Origin: Myxococcales bacterium
GTDB lineage: Bacteria > Desulfobacterota > Binatia > HRBIN30
Direction: 5' to 3'
Length of the DNA: 64,000 bases
Assembly (NCBI GenBank): GCA_037445065.1
Contig: JBBILD010000007.1
Coordinates: 32,001 to 96,000 of the forward strand
This document shows positions 51,476 to 61,049 of the stretch, piece by piece; positions within the stretch are counted from its first letter, which is position 1, and every line of letters begins with the position of its first letter. Under the pieces are notes generated by a model that was given only the letters and a program-made list of their open reading frames with translations, did not search any database and was not told the DNA's origin. A program made the position numbers and the translations under genes.

Positions 51476-52313
51476 GCACGGTCGCCCGGAACATCAGCCG
51501 ATCGAAATCGCGGTAGTCATCCATCGCGTAGTGCTGGACGCTGCGGTTGTCCCAAATCGCCAGTGTGCGCGGCTGCCAGCGCAAACGGCACGTGAACTCC
51601 GGGCGCACACTGTGGGCAAAGAGGAAGTCCAGGACCGCGCGGCTTTCCGCCTCGCTCAGCTCGACGATGCGCTGCGTGAACATCGGGTTCACAAAAATGC
51701 TCTTCCGGCCGCTCTGCGGGTGGGTGCGAATCACGGGGTGGATCACTTCCGAGTAAATCGCCTGCTCGTCGTAGCGATATTGGATCGGAGCCTCGCCGCG
51801 GTATTTGTGCTCGCCGGTCACCCTGGGGTCGTACGCGCGTGCCGCGCTGTGCACGGCGTGCAGGGGGTCCAAAAAGCGCTGCATGGCAGGCGAGAGTGCT
51901 GCGTACGCCCTCTCCATGGAAGCGTACAGCGTGTCGCCTCCGTATGGAGGAATCGTTACTCCGTACAGCAACGAAGCCTTACTCGGTTCTGGGAAGAACG
52001 AGTTGTCCGAGTGCCAGCCCACGCCAAAGCTCGCGGACTCTCCCTTGGGCTTCCACACCCGAACGATTTCCGGATACTCCTCCATGCCTTTGACGATCGG
52101 GTGCACGTCCAGCTCGCCAAAGCGGCGCGCAAAGGCAGCGAGCTGCGCCAAGTCGAGCTGCTGGTCGCGAAAAAAGATCATGCCGAAGTCCACCAAGGCA
52201 GCTTCAATTTCGGCAAACGTTTCGTCATCGAGCGGGGCGGCGAGATTCACCCCGCGCACCTCGGCGCCCATGGCGCCCGACAAAGGCAACACTTCGATTC
52301 GATCGAATTGCAT
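51456..52313 (-). CDS. TauD/TfdA-family Fe(II)/2-oxoglutarate dioxygenase
   Basis: WHSD (HxD), GGDT, HPVIRTHP and WDNRSVQH. Confidence 0.93.
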   Translation of the reverse strand: MQFDRIEVLPLSGAMGAEVRGVNLAAPLDDETFAEIEAALVDFGMIFFRDQQLDLAQLAAFARRFGELDVHPIVKGMEEYPEIVRVWKPKGESASFGVGWHSDNSFFPEPSKASLLYGVTIPPYGGDTLYASMERAYAALSPAMQRFLDPLHAVHSAARAYDPRVTGEHKYRGEAPIQYRYDEQAIYSEVIHPVIRTHPQSGRKSIFVNPMFTQRIVELSEAESRAVLDFLFAHSVRPEFTCRLRWQPRTLAIWDNRSVQHYAMDDYRDFDRLMFRATVRGDMPR

Positions 52314-52412
52314 CAGAGAAACTCCGCGCGCCTTTTATCGAAGGCCACCGGTACGGAAAAGAGCGCCACCCGGTTGCTTGTCCTTTGCCACCTCTGATTG
52401 AACAGCAGCCCC

Positions 52413-53258
52413 ATGGACGTTCGCACTCTAAAGGGGAAATGGGTGCTGGTCACCGGTGCGGCCAGCGGGATCGGGAAGGCTACCGCCCTGGCCTGCGCGC
52501 GGCGCGGAGCGGATCTCGTGTTGTGCGACCTCAACGAAGGAGGGCTCGCCGAGGTCGCGGCGGCCATCGAGCAGCTCGGCTGCAAAACGCTTGCCCGCCG
52601 CGTCGACGTTTCGGTTCGCCACGAAATGCGCCAGTTCGCCGACTGGGTCGCAAGGGAGGCAGGCGTTTTGGATCTCTTGATCAACAACGCCGGTGTGGGG
52701 CTCGGTGCCAATTTTCTGGACACCCCGCTCGAAGATTGGGACTGGATCGTCAGCATCAACCTGATGGGCGTGGTACACGGGTGCTTCTATTTCATTCCAC
52801 CCATGGTGGAACGCGGTGCGGGAGGTCATGTCGTGAACGTCTCCTCCGCCGCGGGCTACGTGGCAACACCCCCGCTGGCGGCCTACTCGGCGACCAAGTT
52901 TGCCGTGCTGGGCCTCAGCGAAGCGCTGCGGCAGGAGCTGGCCCCGCACCGGATCGGGGTGACGGCCGTCTGCCCCGGAATCATCAACACCCCAATCACG
53001 CGTAGCGCTCGCCTGCGCGGCGCGGCCGCCGACGAGCGCGCGCGCGAGCGTATGGTGCGCTTTTACGAACAGCGCAATTACCCGCCCGAGCGAGTTGCCG
53101 AGAACATCCTCAAGGCCATCCAACGGAACCGCGCAGTGGCGCCTACTTCGCCAGAAGCCTGGGTTTTCTACTACTTGAAGCGATTCGCGCCGGGTCTGAT
53201 CGTACGGCTGAACCGCTGGCTGGCCAGGCGCGCCGGGGCGGTTCCTGGAAGCCGCTAA
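52413..53258 (+). CDS. Short-chain dehydrogenase/reductase
   Basis: TGAASGIG, NNAG and YSATK. Confidence 0.93.
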   Translation: MDVRTLKGKWVLVTGAASGIGKATALACARRGADLVLCDLNEGGLAEVAAAIEQLGCKTLARRVDVSVRHEMRQFADWVAREAGVLDLLINNAGVGLGANFLDTPLEDWDWIVSINLMGVVHGCFYFIPPMVERGAGGHVVNVSSAAGYVATPPLAAYSATKFAVLGLSEALRQELAPHRIGVTAVCPGIINTPITRSARLRGAAADERARERMVRFYEQRNYPPERVAENILKAIQRNRAVAPTSPEAWVFYYLKRFAPGLIVRLNRWLARRAGAVPGSR

Positions 53259-53271
53259 GTCCGCGGCTCGC

Positions 53272-54666
53272 TCAAGCCTCGCGAATCGCGGCAATCAAAT
53301 CGAGAATCGCCTTCTTCCCGTCGGCAAAGTACATCAAGGTGTTGTCCGCCGCGAATAACGGGTTGGGCACGCCGGCGAACCCCGGCGAAAGCGAGCGTTT
53401 CACCACCACCACCGTGCGCGCCTTGTCCACGTCGAGAATCGGCATTCCAGCGATCGGGCCGCTCTGCGCATCGCGGGCGAGCGGGTTGACCACATCGTTC
53501 GCGCCGATCACGATAGCCACATCGGTTTGCTCGAAGAGCGGATTGGCCTCCTCCATGGTCAGCATTTTCTCGTACGGCACATCCGCTTCGGCCAACAGCA
53601 CGTTCATGTGCCCCGGCATGCGTCCAGCCACCGGATGGATCGCGAACAACACCTCGGTGCCGCGCGATTCGAGCAGCTTCATCAAGTCGCGCACCGCGTG
53701 CTGGGCCTGCGCAACCGCCATCCCGTAGCCGGGCACGATGATCACCCGGCGGGCGTTCTCCAGGGTCATCGCCACCTCTTCGGCGCTCACGCTCTTGATG
53801 CGACCGGCGTAAATGTCCTCTTCTGCCTGTGCCCCCGCCGCCACCACACCCACGCCCCCGAACAAGACATTGGGCAGGGAACGATTCATCGCCCTGCACA
53901 TGATTTGGGTGAGGATGATGCCGCTCGCGCCGACCAAGGAGCCGGCGATAATCAGCATGTTGTTGTTCAGAACGAACCCGGTGGCGCACCCGGCAAGGCC
54001 GGAATACGAGTTGAGCAGGGAGATGACCACCGGCATGTCGGCGCCGCCGATGGGAATCACGGTGAGCACTCCCAGCACCGAGGACAACGCCACCACCACC
54101 CAGTACAGCCACAACTGCTCTGGCTGCGCGACCACCCCTGCGCTCAACACCAACACGGCGAGCGCCAGCAGCGCATTCCAGACGTGCCGTCCCGGCAACA
54201 GGATCGGCTGCCCGGGCATGATTTCCTGCAGCTTGGCAAACGCGACGAGCGAGCCCCAAAAGGTGACGGCACCGATGAGCCCAGAGGCAGCGGTGGCAAC
54301 GGTCAACTGTAACGTAACCGGGCGCTCGGCAATCCCCACCGCTTCGATCAAGGCTGCTCCCGCCACCAACACCGAAGCCCCGCCACCGAACCCGTTGAGC
54401 AGCGCCACCATCTGCGGCATCGCGGTCATGCGGATGCGGTAGGCAAGCAGCGCTCCGATCACCGAGCCGAGGAGCAAGCCGGCAAAAATGCCCGCGTACG
54501 ACAGCACTTGGCGGTCGAGCAAGGTGAACACGATGGCGATGAGCATGCCCACCGCGGCGATGCCGTTGCCGCGCCGCGCCGTGCGCGGGTGACTGAGTTC
54601 TTTGAGGCCCCAAATGAACAGCAGGGCCGCAATCAGATACGCAACGTTAATGACCGCTAGCGGCAC
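53272..54666 (-). CDS. pntB: NAD(P) transhydrogenase beta subunit
   Basis: Motifs IGGADMPVV, PGYGMAVAQAQ, HPVAGRMPGHMNVLLAEA and GANDVVNP. Confidence 0.97.
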   Translation of the reverse strand: MPLAVINVAYLIAALLFIWGLKELSHPRTARRGNGIAAVGMLIAIVFTLLDRQVLSYAGIFAGLLLGSVIGALLAYRIRMTAMPQMVALLNGFGGGASVLVAGAALIEAVGIAERPVTLQLTVATAASGLIGAVTFWGSLVAFAKLQEIMPGQPILLPGRHVWNALLALAVLVLSAGVVAQPEQLWLYWVVVALSSVLGVLTVIPIGGADMPVVISLLNSYSGLAGCATGFVLNNNMLIIAGSLVGASGIILTQIMCRAMNRSLPNVLFGGVGVVAAGAQAEEDIYAGRIKSVSAEEVAMTLENARRVIIVPGYGMAVAQAQHAVRDLMKLLESRGTEVLFAIHPVAGRMPGHMNVLLAEADVPYEKMLTMEEANPLFEQTDVAIVIGANDVVNPLARDAQSGPIAGMPILDVDKARTVVVVKRSLSPGFAGVPNPLFAADNTLMYFADGKKAILDLIAAIREA

Positions 54667-54669
54667 CGC

Positions 54670-54951
54670 TCAGTCCTTCCGTCGGAACATGCCGAGCATG
54701 CGGTCGGTCACCAGGAAGCCGCCCACCACGTTGATCATCGCGAACACCACCGCGAGAAAGCCCAGAATCGCGGTGAGCAACGTGTGCTGCATGCCCAAAG
54801 AAAGGATCGCGCCCACGATGGTGATCCCCGAGATCGCGTTCGAGCCAGACATGAGCGGCGTATGCAGGGTGGGCGGCACCTTACTGATCACTTCGAAACC
54901 CACCAGGATGGCAAGCACAAAAATGGTCAGCACGTTTACAAACTGTTCCAT
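54670..54951 (-). CDS. pntA: NAD(P) transhydrogenase alpha subunit part 2 (membrane)
   Basis: VPPTLHTPLMSGSNAISG and NVVGGFLVTDRML. Confidence 0.95.
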   Translation of the reverse strand: MEQFVNVLTIFVLAILVGFEVISKVPPTLHTPLMSGSNAISGITIVGAILSLGMQHTLLTAILGFLAVVFAMINVVGGFLVTDRMLGMFRRKD

Positions 54952-54961
54952 TGCCTCCTCC

Positions 54962-56119
54962 TCACGTAAGCTGCGCCAAGGCAGCGCGGACCGCCGGGTG
55001 TACGACTTCTCCATCCCGCACCACCAGCGTTTCGCGCACGATTTCGTCTTGGGCGTCGAACGAAATCTGGCCTTGGCGCATGAGGTGCAAGAAAAAGGTC
55101 GTGAGATTGTTCGAGTACATTTGGCTTGCATGCAGGGGCACGGTGCTCGCCAAGTTCACCGCTCCCACGATGCGCACACCGGCCACCACGATTTCCTCCT
55201 CCGGCTGGGTGAGCGCGCAGTTGCCGCCCCGCTCTGCCGCCAAGTCAACGATCACCGAGTCCGGCTTCATGGAGCGCACCATTTCCTCGGTTACCAGCAC
55301 CGGCGCTTTGCGCCCCGGCACTGCCGCGGTCGTGATCACCACGTCGCTCTCCGCCACTCCGCGCGAGAGCAGTTCGCGCTGTTTCTGGTAAAAGGATTCG
55401 TCTTGTGCCTTGGCGTACCCACCCTTGTCTTCCGCTTCCGCCACCTCGAGCGGCAGCTCCAAGAAACGAGCACCGAGGCTCAGCACCTGCTCTTTGACTG
55501 CCGGCCGAATGTCGTATGCGTACACCACGGCTCCCAGCTTGCGAGCGGTGGCAATCGCCTGCAAACCGGCCACACCCGCACCTAAGACGAGCACGCGCGC
55601 TGGCTGCAGGGTGCCCGCCGCAGTCATCATCATGGGGAAGAGTTTCGGCAAGCGGTCCGCGGCAAGCACCACTGCCTTGTACCCGCTGACGGTCGCCATG
55701 GAGGAAAGGGCGTCCATGCTTTGCGCGCGGGTAATGCGTGGCATCAGTTCGACCGCGAACACGTTCACCCCCGCCTTCGCCAGCCGTGCGATCGCCTCCG
55801 GCGCGCCGAGAGGGCGCTGAAACCCGATCAGCACGCATCCGGGGCGAAGCCGGGGCAGATCATCCGCACCTGTTTTCGGATTCGCCCCCAAGCCCAGCAC
55901 CTGGAAGATCACGTGGGCGCGGGCAAAGACTTCCTCCCGGCTCGGCACAATCTCCGCCCCCTTCTCCGCGTACTGTGCATCCGGAAAGCCCGCCTGCACA
56001 CCCGCTCCGCTTTGCACCACAACCTGGCAGCCGGCTTTTTGCAAAGCCGGGAGCGAGGCGGGCACTAGGGCCACACGCCGCTCCCCAGGGTACGACTCCC
56101 TCGGCACGCCCACAATCAT
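54962..56119 (-). CDS. pntA: NAD(P) transhydrogenase alpha subunit part 1 (domain I)
   Basis: GERRVA, PRITRAQSMDALSS, GAGVAGLQA and DLAAERGGNC. Confidence 0.96.
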   Translation of the reverse strand: MIVGVPRESYPGERRVALVPASLPALQKAGCQVVVQSGAGVQAGFPDAQYAEKGAEIVPSREEVFARAHVIFQVLGLGANPKTGADDLPRLRPGCVLIGFQRPLGAPEAIARLAKAGVNVFAVELMPRITRAQSMDALSSMATVSGYKAVVLAADRLPKLFPMMMTAAGTLQPARVLVLGAGVAGLQAIATARKLGAVVYAYDIRPAVKEQVLSLGARFLELPLEVAEAEDKGGYAKAQDESFYQKQRELLSRGVAESDVVITTAAVPGRKAPVLVTEEMVRSMKPDSVIVDLAAERGGNCALTQPEEEIVVAGVRIVGAVNLASTVPLHASQMYSNNLTTFFLHLMRQGQISFDAQDEIVRETLVVRDGEVVHPAVRAALAQLT

Positions 56120-56338
56120 GCGTCTCCTCCTGCCATCGGCCTTGCCCGCCGGGTAAACTCGGGAAGTTTACCCAAAGCAAGAGTTTTGTCACCTAGGATT
56201 CGGCCCAATAGACCTTTTCTGCAGTGGCCTGCCACACGTCGGTCTTGGGATTCGTTCCCGCGACCGGCTGGCTGCGCGCGTCTTGCCAGGCGCAGCGCCC
56301 AGCAAGATCCCGAATCGGGCACATGCCAACGGGCGGCA

Positions 56339-56968
56339 CTAGGATCCAGTGGCGTGGTCGTTCCGGGTGGGCTCTGACCAAGCCTTTGGCGGATGCCACT
56401 CTGCCTCTGGCTCCACGCGGCAGGGAACGGCCCACGGCGCCGCAGTGTTTTCCGGCTGCCGTACCTCGGCCGTCGTAACGCCTCCGCGCCGCCCGTCGGT
56501 CACTGAGGCCAAGAGCCGCGCCTTCCGCACCACCGCAGCCATGCACGCCTGCGAGGCGATCCCGTTGCAGTCTACGCCAGAGGGCAACTCCAGCGCAAAC
56601 TCGCCCGTAGCACTGACCTCCTGCCGGTCCGCCAGCGGCAAGCGGCAGCCGGCCACTTCGGAGAAAAGAACCAAGCCGCTTCCGTTCCCGCGGCAGACCA
56701 AGCGGATCGCCCCTCCCGACGGGCAGGCCGCCTCGGCTTGTTGGGCAAAAAACGCCCGCAACGCCGCACTGGCAAGCGCAAGAAACAACGGCGGAGGCGC
56801 GCCATCGGTGCTCCGCGGCTGGGCCGGCTCTTCCACCACCCGAAGCAGCCCTGGCCACGCGGGCGGCTGGAGGACCAAAGCGGTTTCACCCGGAACGCGT
56901 GCAGCCCAAAACAAGCCGACGACGGTCACCGCGCGCAGCATTGCCCGTGATTGTCTTCTAAACCGCAT
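56339..56968 (-). CDS. Hypothetical, possibly exported Cys-containing protein
   Basis: ORF co-directional with its neighbours, with a signal-like N-terminus and several cysteines; no family recognised. Confidence 0.35.
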   Translation of the reverse strand: MRFRRQSRAMLRAVTVVGLFWAARVPGETALVLQPPAWPGLLRVVEEPAQPRSTDGAPPPLFLALASAALRAFFAQQAEAACPSGGAIRLVCRGNGSGLVLFSEVAGCRLPLADRQEVSATGEFALELPSGVDCNGIASQACMAAVVRKARLLASVTDGRRGGVTTAEVRQPENTAAPWAVPCRVEPEAEWHPPKAWSEPTRNDHATGS

Positions 56969-57158
56969 GAGCAGCGGCCGGTAACAGGAGCACAAGGGTT
57001 TTGCCATGCGTTCCTCTTGCGCAGCGAAGAGGATGCCAACTCTTTCGCTCATTGCCGGCTCGTGTCCCGCACGGGTTTCGGTGGCATCGCCTGTGTCGGC
57101 CCCTGACACCGGTGCCACAATGCGCGCGCTCGAGCCTCTCCCCGAGTCCCGCGGTGCG

Positions 57159-58028
57159 TCACGCCAAGTCTACCTTCAAGCCTCGCGAGGCCAGGTCGGT
57201 CGCCGTGAACACGCGACGCGCTTGGCGTACTAGCTCGACCAAGGCGCGATCGTCGTGCGACGGGTCGTGGTGAAACAGGAGCAACCTCTCGACACCGGCA
57301 GCCCGCGCCACCTCGGCGGCAATGCGGACCGTGCTGTGGCCCCATCCGACTTTGCCCTTGCGCGCGGCAGCGTACTCTTCGTCGGTATACTGGGCGTCGT
57401 GTACCAGAACCGCAGCTCCCTGCGCGAAGCGCACGACGTCTTCAAACCCCTTCCCCACCGCCTCGATGTCGGTCGCGTACACCAGGGCACGGCCCGCGCA
57501 CTCGACCCGGTATAGAGCCACGCCCAGCTTCGGGTGTGCGCCGCTGATCTGCACCCTGACCCGCGCTGGCGGCCGCCCAGCGAAGCGAAGCACCGCGTGC
57601 CTCGCCAGTGAACGAATCTGTGGGCGGGCGGGCAGCTCCGGCCATTCGACCGGGAAAAAAGCCGGCGACATAGCCATGCGCAGCACGCGTTCGGGTAGAA
57701 ACCCGTGCAGCTTCGGGCCATGGATCCGACAGCGCCAGCCGCGCTCGTACAGAGGCGCGAAAAAGCGCAGACCGTCAATGTGATCGTGGTGGTAGTGACT
57801 CAGGAACACCTCCACCCGGCGATTTCCAGGTTCGCGGAGTAACGCTTGGCCGAGGCCAATTAGGCCCGTCCCCGCATCGAACACCAGCAGGCGGCCTCCG
57901 GCGCGCACTTCCACGCACACCGAGTTGCCACCAACCCGTACCGTGCTCGGCCCTGGCGTGGGATGGCTCCCGCGTACGCCCCAGAAGCGCACCCAGAACC
58001 GCCCCTCGTCCGTTCCCTCCCCGAGCAT
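57159..58028 (-). CDS. MBL-fold metallo-hydrolase (phosphodiesterase / RNase Z-like)
   Basis: FWGVRGS, DAGTG, HYHHDH, ATDIE, GWGHS and FHHDP. Confidence 0.9.
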   Translation of the reverse strand: MLGEGTDEGRFWVRFWGVRGSHPTPGPSTVRVGGNSVCVEVRAGGRLLVFDAGTGLIGLGQALLREPGNRRVEVFLSHYHHDHIDGLRFFAPLYERGWRCRIHGPKLHGFLPERVLRMAMSPAFFPVEWPELPARPQIRSLARHAVLRFAGRPPARVRVQISGAHPKLGVALYRVECAGRALVYATDIEAVGKGFEDVVRFAQGAAVLVHDAQYTDEEYAAARKGKVGWGHSTVRIAAEVARAAGVERLLLFHHDPSHDDRALVELVRQARRVFTATDLASRGLKVDLA

Positions 58029-58211
58029 GTGACCTTTCCACCGCCTACCAGCCCGCCTGAAGCAAAGCAACGAGAAGTTCGCGGGGGGGAAACCCGAGCC
58101 CCGGCGCTGAGCCCGTGGCCAGGGAGCAGAAGGCCCGCCACCAGGGGTCACGCTCCGGGCAGAGCACAGGCACCAGCGGCCGCAGCCACTGCAGGCAACG
58201 AACCAGCGGCG

Positions 58212-58859
58212 CTATTCCGGAGCCATCACCGCGCCCAGCGCTCGCACTACGGTGTCCACGAAGCCTCGGATTTCGGCTTCCTGGCGCCCCGAGAGCTGCA
58301 TCTGCACGACCATATGTGCACCGCTGATCATGAGCCGCGCGCCGAGTACCGGGTCGAGCCCCCGGTTGAGCGTACCCTCGCGCTGGCCGCGGGCAATCGT
58401 GCCGGCAATGATCGCCTCCACTTGGTCTTGAAACGCCAAGTAAAGAGGCCACTCCCGATCCCGGATCGAGGTGCTCCAGTGCAGCCAAACGCGCGCGTAA
58501 GCCGGATGGGTGCGCACTGAGTCGGCGAAGGCACGCGCGTGTGCCAACAAGACGGCATCTGCTGGCTCTTGCACTCGCTCGTGAACTTGGGCCGCCTGAT
58601 CCCGATAAAAGCGACTCACTTCTCTCAACACTGCCTCGACCAAGCTCCGCCGGCTGGGGAAGTACACAAAGGTCGTTGCCAGCGAGACTCCGGCACGACG
58701 AGCAATCTCCGCGTGCCTGGCTTCACCAATTCCCCTTTGGGCGAACACTTCGAGAGCACACTCGAGGAGCTGTGCGCGGCGCCGCTCCGGCGCCAATCGC
58801 GAGGCCCGCCGCCTGCGCTCCGAAGCTCGCTTCCCTGCCTGCCGACCCCCACGCGGCAT
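58212..58859 (-). CDS. TetR-family regulator resembling Vibrio LuxR/HapR/SmcR
   Basis: RLAPERRRAQLLECALEVFAQRGIG..HAEIA...VSLAT.F.YFP.R and VWLHWSTSIRDREWPLY; AAGGAG SD. Confidence 0.85.
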   Translation of the reverse strand: MPRGGRQAGKRASERRRRASRLAPERRRAQLLECALEVFAQRGIGEARHAEIARRAGVSLATTFVYFPSRRSLVEAVLREVSRFYRDQAAQVHERVQEPADAVLLAHARAFADSVRTHPAYARVWLHWSTSIRDREWPLYLAFQDQVEAIIAGTIARGQREGTLNRGLDPVLGARLMISGAHMVVQMQLSGRQEAEIRGFVDTVVRALGAVMAPE

Positions 58860-59399
58860 AACCGCTCCTTACTACCAGAACCGCGTCGCACCAAGAGACT
58901 GCCACGCACCGGCCTTTCGGCGGCCACCCCGGCGCCGGCTTTCCGCTCTCATTTTTGGGGCGGGGCTGTGTTGGGATGCCCTTGCCGTGGGAATGCTGAC
59001 CCGAGTCTGCCCATTTTCAACGGCAGGTACGCACCGGAACGATCCCTCCCGTCGCCCAAACCAAAGCTGTAGGCTCGCAGCGTTCCTCCGCCTCAGAAGC
59101 CACACCCGCAGCGTGCACCTGTGTCGCAACGGTCACCGGACTCGGCGTCTATGGGAGCTGTGGCGCCACCTTCCGGCCCTGCAGCGTGCGCACATGTCAC
59201 TGAAGTCTCGTCGGGGCGGCTCGACCCGCTTGCCCTGCGGTACTCAGTCCGAACCCCTCCGCCGTCTGCCGCTCGGACCGGGCAGCGGTGATGGGGGCTG
59301 CGAAAAACCGCGGGACCCGCGCTCCGGCTCATGTCGAGGGCGTTCTGTTCCGGTGCAGATCCCGCTCGGAACCCCGGGGCTGGCGGCGAGGTGGCTGTC

Positions 59400-59432
59400 C
59401 ACGGAACCAGTCCACGGAACCACACGGAACCA
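59400..59432 (+). repeat. Three direct copies of CACGGAACCA in an intergenic region
   Basis: Copies at 59400-59409, 59413-59422 and 59423-59432. Confidence 0.7.
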
Positions 59433-59996
59433 CCGCGGCACGCAAGGAAACGGGCCTGCCTGCGCAGTGCAGCATTGCCGCAGAGACGCCGTGCTCGCTC
59501 CTCTCTGAACGGACCGCTGGCCCTTCGCCACCCGCCGCTCACGGCTCGCAGCCACGAGGGGCACCGTCACCCATCTCGGAGGCGCGCCGCCGTACCGGTC
59601 GTGGTCGGTCATCTCGGAACGGCCCGTTCCCCATGCGCAATTCACCGTTTCTTGCTCATCGCTGGTTGCGGCATCCGCATGAGCCTGCGGAACGACCGTT
59701 CACCCTCACTAGTGGCCGTTCGCTTAGGGCTGCATTGACTCGATATGTGCGCTTGCGGTACGCGCTGCCAGCGGTGAGACGAGCATCACGGCAGCCGACG
59801 CTCCGCGCACGCAGCCGCGTGCCGCGTTTCGCTCGACGCCGACACAGCGGTGACCGTAGCCCGTCGGACAATGACCTCGACCCGACAAGGAGCCGTTTCC
59901 GGCGCATGCCGCGCCGCCCGCATGGCTGCGTTCTCTCGCGAACGCGCGGCCGCTAAGTACACGCACCATCAAGAAGATTCCTAGGAGGTTTTCACC

Positions 59997-60638
59997 GTGG
60001 AAGGGTTGAGCGTACTCGACTTGATCCAGCAGGGCTGGATCGCAACATACCCGTTGCTGCTTTTCTCCGTGGCAACCGTGACCATTATCCTCGAGCGCGC
60101 CTGGTCGTTGCGCGGGCTGATCCCCAGCACGTTGAGCTTGGCGGAACAAGTGCGGGCACCGCTCGAACAAGGCAACTTCCGGGCTGCCCTAGAAGCCGCG
60201 CAAGCTGCCAATGGAACCCCGGCCGGCCGTATCTTCACCGACGTCATTACCCGGCATCAGTCCGACTCTCTGGAGTATCTTTCCGATTTGACGGAGGACA
60301 AGCGCTTCGAAGAAATCGAGGCGCTCAAGGGTCCGCTGTGGGTACTGGGGACGGTCAGCAGCTCCGCGCCGTTCATCGGCCTGTTCGGCACCGTGATCGG
60401 CATCATCAAAGCGTTTCACAACATGGCGGTGATGGGAAGCGGTGGCTTTTCTGTGGTGGCTGCGGGCATTTCCGAAGCTCTGGTGGCCACGGCTCTCGGG
60501 CTCGGCGTCGCCATCCTGGCGCTGATTTTCTACAACTATTTTCAGACCCAAATCGAGCGCATCGAGGCGGCGCTCACCATCGCCTGCAACCGGGTGCTCG
60601 ATGCCATCCATCTGGGGAGGCAGAACCATGGCGTTTAA
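59997..60638 (+). CDS. MotA/TolQ/ExbB proton channel protein
   Basis: SSAPFIGLFGTVIGII and GISEALVATALGL; AGGAGG SD before the GTG. Confidence 0.95.
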   Translation: MEGLSVLDLIQQGWIATYPLLLFSVATVTIILERAWSLRGLIPSTLSLAEQVRAPLEQGNFRAALEAAQAANGTPAGRIFTDVITRHQSDSLEYLSDLTEDKRFEEIEALKGPLWVLGTVSSSAPFIGLFGTVIGIIKAFHNMAVMGSGGFSVVAAGISEALVATALGLGVAILALIFYNYFQTQIERIEAALTIACNRVLDAIHLGRQNHGV

Positions 60639-61047
60639 TGCCCGTCACCGGGGCCATAAAGGCATCGTCTCGGAAATCAACATCACACCCCTGACCGACA
60701 TCTTCCTCGTGCTGCTGATCATCTTCATGGTAACCAGCGCCGCGATGGTGGAGTCCGGCGCGAAAATCAGTCTCCCTGAGGTGGATTCCACGGCCGCGCA
60801 ACCGCGCGAAATCACCATCACGGTGACCCCGCAAAACGACGTGTACGTCAACGCCCAACTCACCCCCTATGAACAGTTGGAAGACACCTTGCGGCAACTC
60901 ATTCAGAATCGCCCGGACGTACCGGTGGTGCTGGAGGGGGACCGCGAGGTTTTGTTCGGACAGGCGGTAAAAATCCTCGCACTGGCGCAAAAGGCGGGCG
61001 CCTCGCAAATCGCGATTGCCGCTCAGCCGCGGCGCGCAGCTCCCTGA
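60628..61047 (+). CDS. ExbD/TolR family protein
   Basis: EINITPLTDIFLVLLIIFMV with the essential Asp; LEGDREV. Confidence 0.95.
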   Translation: MAFNARHRGHKGIVSEINITPLTDIFLVLLIIFMVTSAAMVESGAKISLPEVDSTAAQPREITITVTPQNDVYVNAQLTPYEQLEDTLRQLIQNRPDVPVVLEGDREVLFGQAVKILALAQKAGASQIAIAAQPRRAAP

Positions 61048-61049
61048 GT

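Noticed and set aside
53272..56119. Split pntA as a frameshift
   Set aside because: Three-gene transhydrogenases are well known, and part 2 has its own SD and ATG.
58880..59960. Cobalamin riboswitch upstream of the exbB-like gene
   Set aside because: Only scattered partial matches (GGGAA, AGAGACTGCC) that are not in the conserved order.
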